Assembly (NCBI GenBank): GCA_964291415.2 | Contig: OZ219920.1 | Span: forward strand, 1,120,001 to 1,184,000 | Direction of reading: 5' to 3' | DNA from: Alphaproteobacteria bacterium | GTDB lineage: Bacteria; Pseudomonadota; Alphaproteobacteria; SP197 | DNA length: 64,000 nucleotides | Part shown: positions 11,794 through 22,801 of the stretch, piece by piece | Position numbering within the stretch: position 1 is the stretch's first letter | Layout: each line of letters starts with the position of its first letter | Notes under the pieces: model-generated | What the model saw: the letters and a program-made list of their open reading frames with translations, nothing else | What the model was told of the DNA's origin: nothing | The model's database searches: none | Made by a program: the position numbers and the translations under genes

Positions 11794-13848
11794 ATGACGG
11801 AGACGGTCTCCATCACGGTAGACGGCGTCGAAATCGAGGTCGATCGCCGCTTGAGCCTGCTGCAGGCTTGTGAACTGGCCGGGGCGGAAGTTCCGCGCTT
11901 TTGCTTTCATGACAGGTTGTCGATTGCCGGCAACTGCCGAATGTGCCTTGTCGAGGTGGCGAAGGCGCCCAAGCCGGTTGCATCGTGTGCCCAGTCGCTC
12001 ATGGACGGCATGGTGGTGTCCACGAGAAGTGCGGTGGCGCGCAAGGCTCAAAGGGGCGCGATGGAGTTCCTGCTGATCAACCACCCTCTCGATTGTCCGA
12101 TCTGTGATCAGGGGGGAGAGTGCGACCTGCAGGACCAGGCCATGGGATATGGCGCCGGAATCAGCCGTTACGGGGAACAGAAGCGATCGGTGGCGGAGAA
12201 GAATTTCGGGCCTCTGATCAAGACCTCGATGACACGCTGCATTCACTGCACACGCTGCATCCGCTTTCTCGACGAGGTCGCCGGTGTACCGGCCCTGGGC
12301 GCCACCGGACGCGGCGAGTCGATGGAGATCACGAACTACATCGAGCAGGGCATCGCCAGCGAACTGTCCGGCAACATCATTGACCTGTGCCCGGTGGGGG
12401 CGCTCACGTCTGGACCCTATGCCTTCGTGGCGCGGCCCTGGGAGCTTGTGACGACGGAATCCGTCGATGTGATGGATGCCACAGGCAGCAATGTGCGCGT
12501 TGATTCCAGAGGCCGGGAAGTCCTGCGTGTCCTGCCGCGCCTGCACGAGGATATCAATGAGGAGTGGATCTCCGACAAGACCCGCTTTGCCATCGACGGT
12601 CTCGTCCGGCGGCGGCTCGACCGGCCCTGGGTTCGCGGCAGGGAGGGACTTGGAGAGGTCTCCTGGGAAGAGGCTCTGGGCGCGGTCTCGCAGCGTCTCG
12701 AAAATCGCGACGCGACACGTGTCGCCGCGATCGCCGGCGACCTCGTCGATTGCGAAACCCTGTTCGCCATGAAGCGACTGATGGCTGCCATCGGCTCTCC
12801 GCACATGGACTGCCGCCAGGATGGCATGGCCGCCGATCCCACCGTGCGCGCTTCCTGGCTCCTCAACAGCACCATCGCCGGAATCGAGGATGCCGATGCC
12901 TGTCTGCTGATCGGCGCCCTGCCGCGCCGCGAGGCGTCCATCGTCAATGCCCGGCTGAGAAAACGCTGGCTTGCCGGCGGGTTCTCGGTTGCCAGTGTCG
13001 GGCCGCCGGATGATCACTCCTATCCCGTGGAGGAACTGGGCAACCTGACCGACACGTTGCGTCGTATCGAGGCCGGCGAGTCGCCCTTCCCCGGTGCTGC
13101 GAATCCGCTGGTGATCGCCGGCAAGGGGGCGCTGGCGCGAGACGATGGGGAGGCGGTGCTGGGCACTGCAGCACGCATCGCCGATGTACTGGGCGCCGTT
13201 CACGAGGACTGGAACGGATTCGGTGTCCTCAATGTGGCGGCATCGAGGGTAGGCGGTCTCGACCTCGGGTTTGTACCCTCGGCGGGTGGTTTCGACACCG
13301 CCGGCATACTCGCCGGCGCAGGGTCGTCGGTCGATACTGTCTTTCTGCTGGGTGCCGACGAAATCGATACCTCGACCCTCGCAGGCGCCTTTGTCATCTA
13401 CATCGGCCATCACGGTGACCGGGGCGCCGCCGTTGCCGATGTCATTCTGCCGGCGGCGGCATGGACCGAGAAGGACGCCACGTACGTCAATCTCGAGGGA
13501 CGGCCGCAGCGTGCGCAGCGTGCCGTGTTTCCGCCTGGCGAGGCCCGCGAGGACTGGCGCATCCTGCGCGCCCTTTCCGGACACCTCGGACTGCCGCTGC
13601 CCTTCGACGATCTTGACGGTTTGCGCCAGGAGATGACGCGAGAGGTGCCGCACCTCGGCGCCATTGACACGATCATGCCGGCGGCCTGGCAATCCTTCGG
13701 CTCCACTCAGGACATGTCGGATGAGCCCTTCCAGCCGGCCATCGGCAACTTCTACCGGACCTGCACGATCAGCCGCGCTTCGCCGACCATGGGCCTTGCC
13801 ACGGATGCCTTTCCGTCCGGCGTACAGCAGAGTGCGTCATGCAGTTGA
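11794..13848 (+). CDS. nuoG: NADH-quinone oxidoreductase subunit G
   Basis: [31 protein letters not shown]; start is ATG 11794 or GTG 11785. Confidence 0.97.
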   Translation: MTETVSITVDGVEIEVDRRLSLLQACELAGAEVPRFCFHDRLSIAGNCRMCLVEVAKAPKPVASCAQSLMDGMVVSTRSAVARKAQRGAMEFLLINHPLDCPICDQGGECDLQDQAMGYGAGISRYGEQKRSVAEKNFGPLIKTSMTRCIHCTRCIRFLDEVAGVPALGATGRGESMEITNYIEQGIASELSGNIIDLCPVGALTSGPYAFVARPWELVTTESVDVMDATGSNVRVDSRGREVLRVLPRLHEDINEEWISDKTRFAIDGLVRRRLDRPWVRGREGLGEVSWEEALGAVSQRLENRDATRVAAIAGDLVDCETLFAMKRLMAAIGSPHMDCRQDGMAADPTVRASWLLNSTIAGIEDADACLLIGALPRREASIVNARLRKRWLAGGFSVASVGPPDDHSYPVEELGNLTDTLRRIEAGESPFPGAANPLVIAGKGALARDDGEAVLGTAARIADVLGAVHEDWNGFGVLNVAASRVGGLDLGFVPSAGGFDTAGILAGAGSSVDTVFLLGADEIDTSTLAGAFVIYIGHHGDRGAAVADVILPAAAWTEKDATYVNLEGRPQRAQRAVFPPGEAREDWRILRALSGHLGLPLPFDDLDGLRQEMTREVPHLGAIDTIMPAAWQSFGSTQDMSDEPFQPAIGNFYRTCTISRASPTMGLATDAFPSGVQQSASCS

Positions 13849-14867
13849 TCGGTGAGTGGTTCTGGCACCTCGTCCTGGTGCTGCTCGCCATTGTGGCGAT
13901 TCTCATTCCGCTCCTCGTCAGCGTTGCCTTTCTCACCTATGCGGAACGCAAGGTCATGGCGGCGATGCAACTGCGTCGCGGTCCGAACGTCGTTGGTCCT
14001 TTCGGACTGCTCCAGCCCTTTGCCGATGCCGGCAAGCTGCTGCTGAAGGAAACCATCATTCCCGCAGGCGCCAACCGTGTCATTTTCATCCTCGCGCCGA
14101 TGGTCACCTTTGTCATTGCCATGGTGGGATGGGCCGTGATTCCCCTCGGTGAGAGCTCTTCAGGAGTCTGGACTCTCGCCAACATCAACGTCGGCATCCT
14201 CTATCTTTTTGCCGTCTCGTCTCTTGGTGTCTACGGCATCATCATGGCGGGCTGGGCCTCGAATTCGCGCTACGCCTTCCTCGGCGCCCTGCGCTCAGCG
14301 GCGCAGATGGTCTCCTACGAAGTCTCTATCGGCTTTGTCCTCGTCGCCGTTCTCGTGTGCGTCGGTTCACTCAATCTGGCCGACATCGTGCGCTCCCAGA
14401 GCGGCGGGTTCTGGTCGTGGTACATCGTGCCGCTGTTTCCGCTCTTCGTGATCTTCTTCATTTCCGCACTGGCGGAGACGAACCGGGCACCCTTTGATCT
14501 GCCGGAGGCGGAATCGGAACTTGTGTCCGGTTACAACGTGGAATACTCGGCCATGACCTTCGCCCTGTTCTTCATGGGCGAATACGCCAACATGGTTCTC
14601 CTTTCGGGGCTCGCCACCACCCTCTTCCTGGGTGGCTGGCTGCCGCCCTTCGAGGGCCCCTGGCTGGACTGGATTCCCGGGCCCGTGTGGTTTCTCCTCA
14701 AGACGGCCTTCTTGCTCTTTGTCTTCATCTGGGTGAGAGCAACATTTCCGCGGTATCGCTATGATCAGCTCATGCGCCTCGGATGGAAGGTATTCCTTCC
14801 GCTTTCCCTGGCGGCGGTTGTGGTGGTGGCCGGCGCTCTGCAGGTGTTCGGATGGCTGCCACGATGA
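13839..14867 (+). CDS. nuoH: NADH-quinone oxidoreductase subunit H
   Basis: [41 protein letters not shown]. Confidence 0.98.
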   Translation: MQLIGEWFWHLVLVLLAIVAILIPLLVSVAFLTYAERKVMAAMQLRRGPNVVGPFGLLQPFADAGKLLLKETIIPAGANRVIFILAPMVTFVIAMVGWAVIPLGESSSGVWTLANINVGILYLFAVSSLGVYGIIMAGWASNSRYAFLGALRSAAQMVSYEVSIGFVLVAVLVCVGSLNLADIVRSQSGGFWSWYIVPLFPLFVIFFISALAETNRAPFDLPEAESELVSGYNVEYSAMTFALFFMGEYANMVLLSGLATTLFLGGWLPPFEGPWLDWIPGPVWFLLKTAFLLFVFIWVRATFPRYRYDQLMRLGWKVFLPLSLAAVVVVAGALQVFGWLPR

Positions 14868-14889
14868 CACCCTGGCAGGAGGACAATCG

Positions 14890-15378
14890 ATGACCGCTCT
14901 TGGCCGTGTGGCCCGCACATTGCTGCTCACGGAGCTGGTCGCCGGATTGATGAGGACGTTCAGCTACCTCTTCCGGAGACGCGCGACCATCAACTATCCC
15001 TTCGAAAAGGGGCCGTTGTCGCCACGTTTTCGCGGCGAGCATGCCCTGCGGCGCTATCCCAACGGCGAGGAGCGGTGCATCGCCTGCAAGCTGTGCGAGG
15101 CCGTCTGCCCTGCCCAGGCGATCACCATCGAGGCGGAGCCGCGCGAGGACGGCAGCCGCCGCACCACGCGCTACGATATCGACATGACAAAGTGCATCTA
15201 TTGCGGGTTCTGCGAGGAGGCCTGCCCGGTAGACGCCATTGTCGAGGGACCGAACTTCGAGTTTGCCACGGAGACCCGCGAGGAACTGCTCTATGACAAG
15301 GAGCGGCTTCTCGCCAACGGCGACCGCTGGGAGAAGGAAATCGCAGCGCGGCTTGCCGCCGATGCTCCCTACAGGTGA
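14890..15378 (+). CDS. nuoI: NADH-quinone oxidoreductase subunit I
   Basis: Two 4Fe-4S motifs [12 protein letters not shown] and [12 protein letters not shown]; AGGAGG SD upstream. Confidence 0.98.
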   Translation: MTALGRVARTLLLTELVAGLMRTFSYLFRRRATINYPFEKGPLSPRFRGEHALRRYPNGEERCIACKLCEAVCPAQAITIEAEPREDGSRRTTRYDIDMTKCIYCGFCEEACPVDAIVEGPNFEFATETREELLYDKERLLANGDRWEKEIAARLAADAPYR

Positions 15379-15386
15379 CAGGCGCC

Positions 15387-15998
15387 ATGATTCTCCAGAC
15401 ACTCGCGTTCTATCTCTTCGCCGCCATTCTGCTGGTCTCGGCTGTTGTCGTGATCTCGGCCCGAAATCCCGTGCACTCCGTGCTTTGCCTGATACTCGCG
15501 TTCTTCAATGCGGCGGCCCTCTTCGTTCTCATAGGCGCCGAGTTCCTGGCCATGATCCTGGTCATTGTCTACGTGGGTGCCGTTGCCGTTCTTTTCCTGT
15601 TCGTGGTGATGATGCTCGACATCGATCTCGCCGAGATGCGCCAGGGATTCCTCAACTATCTTCCGATCGGCGCCCTTGTCGGCCTTGTGCTGTTCGTTGA
15701 ACTCGTCATCGTTGCCGGGCTGTGGCAGTACGAACCAGCCATGGCAACCGGTCTGGGGCAGCCTGTGCCGCCACTTGATGTACGCAGCAACACGGCGGCC
15801 ATCGGCGATGTGCTCTACACCCGCTATGCGCTCCTCTTCCAGGCAGCCGGCATCATTCTCCTCATCGCCATGATCGGGGCCATCGTGCTGACGCTGCGTC
15901 ATCGCCAGATCAAGCGCCAGCGGATCGGTGAGCAGGTTCGTCGGCGTCCCGAGGACGTGATCCGGCTCCACGACGCGCCGCGCGGGGAAGGGGTCTGA
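15387..15998 (+). CDS. nuoJ: NADH-quinone oxidoreductase subunit J
   Basis: [24 protein letters not shown]; start could be GTG 15375. Confidence 0.96.
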   Translation: MILQTLAFYLFAAILLVSAVVVISARNPVHSVLCLILAFFNAAALFVLIGAEFLAMILVIVYVGAVAVLFLFVVMMLDIDLAEMRQGFLNYLPIGALVGLVLFVELVIVAGLWQYEPAMATGLGQPVPPLDVRSNTAAIGDVLYTRYALLFQAAGIILLIAMIGAIVLTLRHRQIKRQRIGEQVRRRPEDVIRLHDAPRGEGV

Positions 15999-15999
15999 C

Positions 16000-16308
16000 A
16001 TGGCTGTCGGACTCGAACACTATCTGGCGCTGGCAGCGGTCCTGTTCACCCTGGGAATCCTCGGCATTTTTCTCAACCGCAAGAACGTCATCATCATTCT
16101 GATGTCTGTCGAACTGATGCTGCTCGCCGTCAACATCAATCTGGTGGCTTTCTCCGTCGAGCTCGGTGACCTCGTGGGGCAGGTCTTCGCCATGTTCGTG
16201 CTGACTGTTGCCGCCGCGGAAGCGGCCATAGGTCTGGCGATCCTTGTCGTCTTCTTCCGCAACCGCAGTTCCATCGCGGTGGAAGACATCTCAACGATGA
16301 AGGGTTAG
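16000..16308 (+). CDS. nuoK: NADH-quinone oxidoreductase subunit K
   Basis: [22 protein letters not shown]. Confidence 0.97.
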   Translation: MAVGLEHYLALAAVLFTLGILGIFLNRKNVIIILMSVELMLLAVNINLVAFSVELGDLVGQVFAMFVLTVAAAEAAIGLAILVVFFRNRSSIAVEDISTMKG

Positions 16309-16314
16309 CCAGCC

Positions 16315-18255
16315 GTGCTTCACGCAGTCGCTGTTGTCTTTCTGCCCCTTCTGGGCGCCGTGATCTCAGGCTTTTTCGGGCGCTGGCTGGGAGACCGGAT
16401 CGCACCCGTTCTGGCATCGGTCCTGCTGGTGGCATCCGCTGTCCTTGGCTGGATCGTGTTTTTCCAGTTCACGGGCTCTGCGGAACCTGTCACGGTGCAT
16501 CTCTTCACGTGGATCGACTCCGGCAGTTTCGAAGTCAGCTGGGCGCTTGCGCTTGATCAGGTGACCGCCGTCATGCTGGTGGTGGTGACCACGGTGTCCG
16601 CCGTCGTCCATGTCTACTCCCTGGGCTACATGGCGCATGATCCGCACCGGCCGCGGTTCTTTGCCTATCTGTCCCTCTTCACCTTCGCCATGCTGATGCT
16701 GGTGACAGCCGACAACTTCGTGCAGATGTTCTTTGGCTGGGAAGGTGTTGGCGTCTGCAGCTACCTGCTGATCGGATTCTGGTACAAGAGGCCGAGCGCC
16801 AATGCCGCGGCCATCAAGGCCTTCATTGTCAACCGGATCGGGGATTTCGGTCTCGCCCTAGGCATCATGGGCGTCTTTCTGGTGTTCGACACGGTGGCCT
16901 TTGACGCCGTCTTCGCCGCGGTTCCCGACGTGGCAGGGACATCGATCTCCTTCCTGTCGATGGAAATCGACACGTTGACGCTGCTTTGCCTGCTCCTGTT
17001 TGTGGGCGCCATGGGAAAGTCGGCCCAGGTGCCGCTGCATACATGGCTTCCCGATGCGATGGAGGGACCGACCCCGGTCTCGGCCCTGATCCACGCAGCC
17101 ACCATGGTCACGGCTGGCGTCTTTTTGGTCGTGCGCCTGTCACCGATGTTCGAGTTCGCGCCCGCAGCGCTGTGGGTGGTCACCATCGTCGGCGCGTCGA
17201 CGGCCATCTTCGCGGCGACAGTGGGCCTCGCACAGAACGACATCAAGCGTGTCATCGCCTATTCGACCTGCAGCCAGCTTGGGTACATGTTCCTGGCCTG
17301 TGGCGTCGGGGCCTACCCGGTGGCGCTCTTCCACCTCTTCACCCATGCCTTCTTCAAGGCCCTGCTGTTCCTGGGATCCGGTGCGGTCATTCACGCAGTT
17401 GGCGGCGAACAGGACATGCGCCAGATGGGAGGGCTGTGGCGCCGCATGCCCGTGACGTACGCCTACATGTGGATCGGCAGCCTCGCTCTGGCGGGCATAC
17501 CGGTGTTCGCCGGCTACTGGTCGAAGGATCTCATCATTGAATCGGCCTGGGTGAGCGATGGATTCGCCGGCGGGTATGCCTTCTGGATCGGCGTTGGCGC
17601 GGCCTTCCTCACGGCACTGTATTCGTGGCGCCTGATCATCATGACATTCCACGGCACGCCTCGCATGACAGCCGAGGTGCTCGAGCATGTCCACGAGGCG
17701 CCGCGCGTCATGTGGGTGCCGCTGCTGGTTCTCGCCGGTGGCGCCCTTGTCGGCGGACTGCCGGTGCTGGGCGGACACATGGTGGCACATGGCGGAGGAG
17801 AGTTCTTCGGGTCATCGATCCTGATGCTGGGCGAGAATGTCATCGAGAAGGCCCATCACGACACACCTCTTGCTATCAAGGCGCTGATCCTTGTGGTGGC
17901 GACGGGAGGAATCGTGGCCGCCTGGTGGGCCTACGTAAAGAGACCGGCCCTGCCGGCGCGCCTTGCTTCCCGCTTTTCCCGCAGTCACCGCTTCCTGCTC
18001 AACAAGTGGTACTTCGACGAGATCTACGAAGCCCTGCTGGTCCAGCCGGCGAAACGCATTGGACTGGGACTTTGGAAGACGGGAGATGGCGACGTGATCG
18101 ATGGTCTGGGTCCTGATGGAGTTGCCGGTGCCACTCTCGCCCTGGCACGTCGTGCCAGATTCCTGCAGTCGGGCTATCTCTATCATTACGCCTTCGCCAT
18201 GCTGATCGGTCTCGTCGTGCTGGCCAGCTGGTTCCTTTTCAGGATCTGGGGCTAG
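16315..18255 (+). CDS. nuoL: NADH-quinone oxidoreductase subunit L
   Basis: GWEGVG, KAFIVNRIGD, GKSAQVPLHTWLPDAMEGPTPVSALIHAATMV. Confidence 0.98.
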   Translation: MLHAVAVVFLPLLGAVISGFFGRWLGDRIAPVLASVLLVASAVLGWIVFFQFTGSAEPVTVHLFTWIDSGSFEVSWALALDQVTAVMLVVVTTVSAVVHVYSLGYMAHDPHRPRFFAYLSLFTFAMLMLVTADNFVQMFFGWEGVGVCSYLLIGFWYKRPSANAAAIKAFIVNRIGDFGLALGIMGVFLVFDTVAFDAVFAAVPDVAGTSISFLSMEIDTLTLLCLLLFVGAMGKSAQVPLHTWLPDAMEGPTPVSALIHAATMVTAGVFLVVRLSPMFEFAPAALWVVTIVGASTAIFAATVGLAQNDIKRVIAYSTCSQLGYMFLACGVGAYPVALFHLFTHAFFKALLFLGSGAVIHAVGGEQDMRQMGGLWRRMPVTYAYMWIGSLALAGIPVFAGYWSKDLIIESAWVSDGFAGGYAFWIGVGAAFLTALYSWRLIIMTFHGTPRMTAEVLEHVHEAPRVMWVPLLVLAGGALVGGLPVLGGHMVAHGGGEFFGSSILMLGENVIEKAHHDTPLAIKALILVVATGGIVAAWWAYVKRPALPARLASRFSRSHRFLLNKWYFDEIYEALLVQPAKRIGLGLWKTGDGDVIDGLGPDGVAGATLALARRARFLQSGYLYHYAFAMLIGLVVLASWFLFRIWG

Positions 18256-18259
18256 ATCG

Positions 18260-19777
18260 ATGTCGCAGTGGCCCTTGCTCTCCCTGGCCATCTTTCTGCC
18301 GCTGGTGGGCGCAGCCTTCGTGTTGCTCACGCGAGGCGACAACGAAGAGGCGGTGGCCCGCAACACCCGTTATGTCGCCCTGTGGACCTCCTTTGTCGTG
18401 CTCGTTGTCGTGCTTCTCATCTGGGCAGCCTTCGACACGACCACGGCGGAGTTCCAATTCGTCGAAAGGGCGCCATGGATACCGGCGTTCGGTATCGAGT
18501 ACCACCTGGGCGTCGACGGCATTTCCCTTTTCCTGATCGTGCTGACGGCCTTCCTGGTGCCTGTCTGCATCCTCTGTTCGTGGGACTCCATTCGGACCCG
18601 GGTGAGGGAGTACATGATCGCCTTCCTGGTCATGGAATCCTTCATCATCGGAGTCTTCTGCGCCCTCGACTTCGTTCTCTTCTACCTTTTCTTCGAGGCG
18701 ATGCTGATTCCGATGTTCCTGATCATCGGCATCTGGGGCGGGCCACGGCGCATCTACTCGGCGTTCAAGTTCTTCCTCTACACTCTCGTCGGCTCGGTGC
18801 TGTTGCTGGTGGCGGTGCTGACAATGTTCTTCGAGACTGGCACGACGAGCATCCCCGATCTCATGACCTGGGGGTTCGATGAGGATCTGCAGCGCTGGCT
18901 CTGGTTGGCCATGTTTGCCTCGTTCGCGGTCAAGGTGCCGATGTGGCCATTCCATACGTGGTTGCCGGATGCACATGTCGAGGCGCCGACTGCGGGTTCC
19001 GTCATCCTCGCCGGGATCCTGCTCAAGATGGGGGCTTACGGGTTTCTCAGATTTTCCCTGCCGATGCTGCCCGAGGCATCGGTCTATTTCGCCCCACTGG
19101 TCTATTCACTGTCGATCGTCGCCATCATTTACACCTCCCTTGTGGCGCTGATGCAGGAGGACATGAAGAAACTCATTGCCTATTCCTCGGTAGCTCACAT
19201 GGGTTTCGTGACCATCGGCATCTTTTCCATGAACCAGCAGGGAATTGAAGGCGGCCTCTTCCAGATGCTGTCCCACGGGGTTGTCTCCGCCGCGCTCTTT
19301 CTTGTGGTCGGCGTCGTCTATGACAGGATGCACAGCCGCCTCATTGCCACTTATGGTGGCCTCGTCCACCGCATGCCCCGCTATGCCCTGGTGTTTATGG
19401 TGTTCATGCTGGCTTCCGTGGGGCTGCCCGGCACCTCGGGTTTCGTCGGCGAGTTCCTGGTTCTTGTCGGCGCATTCCAGGCGAACACCTGGGTGGCGTT
19501 CCTGGCCACCACCGGAGTTGTGCTGGGCGCTGCCTACATGCTTTGGCTCTACCGCCGCGTCGTGTTCGGCGAACTCGTGAAGGCGGAACTGAAATCGATC
19601 AGTGACTGCAACAGGCGCGAGATGCTGTTCTTCGTACCGCTGGTGGCGGCGGTGCTGATCATGGGAGTCTGGCCGGAATCGCTGCTCGATGCCATGCACG
19701 TGTCGGTTGTCAACCTTGTCGAACAGACCGCGGGGGCCAACGAAGCGGTGTCCTTCGCCATGAGGGGCGAGAGGTGA
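18260..19777 (+). CDS. nuoM: NADH-quinone oxidoreductase subunit M
   Basis: VKVPMWPFHTWLPDAHVEAPT, KKLIAYSSVAHMG. Confidence 0.98.
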   Translation: MSQWPLLSLAIFLPLVGAAFVLLTRGDNEEAVARNTRYVALWTSFVVLVVVLLIWAAFDTTTAEFQFVERAPWIPAFGIEYHLGVDGISLFLIVLTAFLVPVCILCSWDSIRTRVREYMIAFLVMESFIIGVFCALDFVLFYLFFEAMLIPMFLIIGIWGGPRRIYSAFKFFLYTLVGSVLLLVAVLTMFFETGTTSIPDLMTWGFDEDLQRWLWLAMFASFAVKVPMWPFHTWLPDAHVEAPTAGSVILAGILLKMGAYGFLRFSLPMLPEASVYFAPLVYSLSIVAIIYTSLVALMQEDMKKLIAYSSVAHMGFVTIGIFSMNQQGIEGGLFQMLSHGVVSAALFLVVGVVYDRMHSRLIATYGGLVHRMPRYALVFMVFMLASVGLPGTSGFVGEFLVLVGAFQANTWVAFLATTGVVLGAAYMLWLYRRVVFGELVKAELKSISDCNRREMLFFVPLVAAVLIMGVWPESLLDAMHVSVVNLVEQTAGANEAVSFAMRGER

Positions 19778-21231
19778 TGGCCGCTTTCCACGCACACGAA
19801 CTCCTCACCATTCTTCCAGCGCTGTGGCTTGCCATCGCCGGCATGGCGTTGCTGACGGTCGGCGTCTTCATCTCCAGGAACGCGTCCCACATTGTCTTCT
19901 GGGGAGCGGTGGCATCCCTGGTGATTGCCGGGTTTCTTGCCATTGTGTCTCCTGTTGGTGAACAGCCCTTCAATGGCCTTCTTTCCATCGACGCCTTCGG
20001 CAGGTTCATGACCGTGCTGGTGGTGTCGGGCGCAGTGCTGGCCCTGTTCATGGCCCGTGGCTTCATGCGCAGGGAATCCATGGAACGTTTCGAGTTGCCT
20101 GTGCTGGTGGTCCTGGCCACGCTGGGAATGTACCTGATGGTCCAGGCCAACGATCTCATGACACTCTATGTCGGTCTGGAAATGCAGAGCCTGGCACTTT
20201 ACGTTTGCGCCGCATTCCAGCAGGACAAACTGCGATCCACCGAGGCTGGTCTCAAGTACTTCGTGCTCGGGGCCGTCGCCTCCGGCATGCTGCTCTACGG
20301 TTGCTCGCTGGTGTACGGATTCTCGGGCTCGACATCCTTCCGTGGCATTGTTGCCACGTTGGCGGCCGGTGATGATTCCACCGGCATTCTCGTCGGTGCC
20401 GTCTTCATCGCTGCCGGCCTTGCCTTCAAGATATCCGCCGTGCCCTTTCACATGTGGACGCCCGATGTCTACGAGGGTGCGCCGACACCCGTCACCGCCT
20501 TCTTCTCCGCCGCACCCAAGGTGGCCGCCATGGCACTTCTGGTCCGGGTGCTCATCGATCCCTTTGCCGCACTCGTCGATCACTGGCAGCAGATCATCTT
20601 TCTTCTCGCCGTGGGGTCCATGGCCCTTGGTGCATTGGGTGCCATTGGCCAACGCAACATCAAGCGGCTGATGGCCTACAGTTCCATCGGTCACGCCGGT
20701 TTCGCCCTGGTCGGCCTCGCGGCGGGAAGCGAGGCAGGAATTCACGGCGTGGCCGTCTATCTGGCCATCTACCTTGTCATGGGCCTGGGGACCTGGGGTT
20801 GCATTCTCGCCATGCGGCGTGATGGCACCATGATCGAAGGAATCGATGATCTCGCGGGACTTTCGCGCAGCCAGCCGGCGCTGGCCCTGGCTCTGGCCGT
20901 CTTCATGTTTTCCATGGCCGGCATCCCGCCACTCGCCGGATTCTTCGGCAAGTTCTACGTCTTCCTGGCCGCCATTGATGCCGGGCTCTACACGCTTACC
21001 GTGATCGGGGTGCTGATGAGCGTGGTGGGAGCCTTCTACTACATCAGAATTGTCAAGCTCATGTACTTCGATGATCCGGCGGACGCCTTCGACCGTCCGG
21101 CGGGTCGCGATCTCGTACCCGTGATCGCGGTGACAGCAGTTGTCACAGTCGGCTTCTTCCTGTTTCCCGATCCCCTTCTCGACAGCGCCCGTCACGCTGC
21201 TGCCGCCCTTGTTGCCGGCGTAAGCCCCTAG
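19774..21231 (+). CDS. nuoN: NADH-quinone oxidoreductase subunit N
   Basis: EAGLKYF, FKISAVPFHMWTPDVYEGAP, KRLMAYSSIGH. Confidence 0.97.
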   Translation: MMAAFHAHELLTILPALWLAIAGMALLTVGVFISRNASHIVFWGAVASLVIAGFLAIVSPVGEQPFNGLLSIDAFGRFMTVLVVSGAVLALFMARGFMRRESMERFELPVLVVLATLGMYLMVQANDLMTLYVGLEMQSLALYVCAAFQQDKLRSTEAGLKYFVLGAVASGMLLYGCSLVYGFSGSTSFRGIVATLAAGDDSTGILVGAVFIAAGLAFKISAVPFHMWTPDVYEGAPTPVTAFFSAAPKVAAMALLVRVLIDPFAALVDHWQQIIFLLAVGSMALGALGAIGQRNIKRLMAYSSIGHAGFALVGLAAGSEAGIHGVAVYLAIYLVMGLGTWGCILAMRRDGTMIEGIDDLAGLSRSQPALALALAVFMFSMAGIPPLAGFFGKFYVFLAAIDAGLYTLTVIGVLMSVVGAFYYIRIVKLMYFDDPADAFDRPAGRDLVPVIAVTAVVTVGFFLFPDPLLDSARHAAAALVAGVSP

Positions 21232-21236
21232 AGTCG

Positions 21237-22022
21237 ATGAACGCCATGCTGCCGCCACCCTTTCGCCTGGTCGAACGCGACGAGGTGACGAGCACCAATG
21301 ACACCGCCATTGAACTCGCAGAGGCCGGGATCGCTGCCTGGAGCGTGGTCCGGGCACGCTTCCAGACAGGCGGACGGGGTCGCCGGGGAAGGGTGTTCGT
21401 GTCGCCTCCCGGCAACTCCTACACGTCCTTCATTCTCAGACCCGGCGTCGCCCCGCGTGAAATCCCGCAACTATCCCTCATCACGGGCGTGGCCGTCGCC
21501 GAGTCCATCGAGGCAACTGCTCCTGGGACCGCGCCGGTGCGCTGCAAGTGGCCCAACGACATCCTCATCAATGACGCCAAGGTGGCCGGAATCCTGTTGG
21601 AGACAGGAGGTGATGCCGTGATCGTCGGAATCGGCATCAATCTCGTCAGCCACCCCGACATCAGGGGTGTGGCCACCACGGATCTCGCAAGCGAGGGAGC
21701 CCCTGGGGTCGATCGCGACCTCCTTCTTGCAACGCTCTGCCGCCGTCTCATGGATCGGGTGACGGACTGGGAGAAGTCCGGATTCGCGTCCCAGCGTCTG
21801 GCGTGGCTCGATCGTGCCGTCGGGATTGGCGCGCGTGCGTCGATCAGCGAAGACAATTCCATGGAAGGTCGGATTGTCGGGCTTGCGCATGACGGGGCGC
21901 TGATCATGGAATCGGGTGGCCGGCGAAGACGGATTGTGTCCGGTACGCTCAGACTGCAGTCAGCCACGCACCGGTGGCCGGACGACGCCCAGGACCATCG
22001 GGCACCGGAGGCTCGGGCGTGA
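21237..22022 (+). CDS. birA: Biotin-protein ligase (group I, no HTH)
   Basis: STND, QTGGRGRRGR, KWPNDILI, KVAGIL. Confidence 0.95.
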   Translation: MNAMLPPPFRLVERDEVTSTNDTAIELAEAGIAAWSVVRARFQTGGRGRRGRVFVSPPGNSYTSFILRPGVAPREIPQLSLITGVAVAESIEATAPGTAPVRCKWPNDILINDAKVAGILLETGGDAVIVGIGINLVSHPDIRGVATTDLASEGAPGVDRDLLLATLCRRLMDRVTDWEKSGFASQRLAWLDRAVGIGARASISEDNSMEGRIVGLAHDGALIMESGGRRRRIVSGTLRLQSATHRWPDDAQDHRAPEARA

Positions 22023-22801
22023 AGGACCTTCTCCTGGCAATCGATGCGGGCAACACGAACACGGTGTTTGCCGTCTTTCGGGGCTGTGAGCTGGTGGGGC
22101 AGTGGCGAATCAGCGCCAACACCGGGCGCACCGCCGACGAGTATGCGGTATGGCTTCACCATCTCCTGGGCCTGAATCGTCTTGATGCCGGGGGCATCAA
22201 TGATGCGGTGATCGCAAGCGTCGTCCCCCATGGCATTCATGAGCTCAAACTCCTGTGCCGCCATCACCATGACTGTGAGCCGGTGGTCGTGGGCGAGTCG
22301 GCACACCTGGGTATCCCGCTCAGGGTCGACATGCCGGATGAAGTGGGCGCGGATCGCCTGGCCAACGTGGTCGGTGCCTGGACGCGTCTGGGCGGCCCAT
22401 TGATCATCATTGACTTCGGCACCGCGACCACCTTTGACGTGGTCGATGAGGATGGCGGATTCGCCGGGGGGGTCTTTGCTCCGGGGGTCAATCTCGCTCT
22501 CGACGCCATGCACCGGATTTCCGCCCGGCTGCCGAGAATTGGCATCGACAAGCCGCAACGAGTCATCGGCACAAACACGGTCAGTTGCATGCAATCGGGC
22601 GCCTATTGGGGGTATGTGAGCCTTATCGAAGGCGTCGTCAGCCGTATCCGCGCCGAGTACGGCAAGCCGATGAAGGTTGTGGCGACCGGCGGCCTGGCGC
22701 CCCTGTTCGATGCGGCAACCGACAGTATCGACAGCTTTGATCCCGATATCACCGTCCACGGTCTGCTGGAAATCTGGCGGCGCACGAGAAAGATCCCTTG
22801 A
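22019..22801 (+). CDS. coaX: Type III pantothenate kinase
   Basis: LLAIDAGNTN, VGADR, DFGTATTFD, ATGG; GTGA overlap with birA. Confidence 0.95.
   Translation: MKDLLLAIDAGNTNTVFAVFRGCELVGQWRISANTGRTADEYAVWLHHLLGLNRLDAGGINDAVIASVVPHGIHELKLLCRHHHDCEPVVVGESAHLGIPLRVDMPDEVGADRLANVVGAWTRLGGPLIIIDFGTATTFDVVDEDGGFAGGVFAPGVNLALDAMHRISARLPRIGIDKPQRVIGTNTVSCMQSGAYWGYVSLIEGVVSRIRAEYGKPMKVVATGGLAPLFDAATDSIDSFDPDITVHGLLEIWRRTRKIP

Noticed and set aside
11524-13692. 722-aa minus-strand ORF, and similar long antisense ORFs at 19549-21357, 29794-31815, 34376-35803 and 57034-58635
   Set aside because: Each lies opposite well-conserved genes and has no recognisable motifs; such shadow ORFs are expected from GC-rich codon bias
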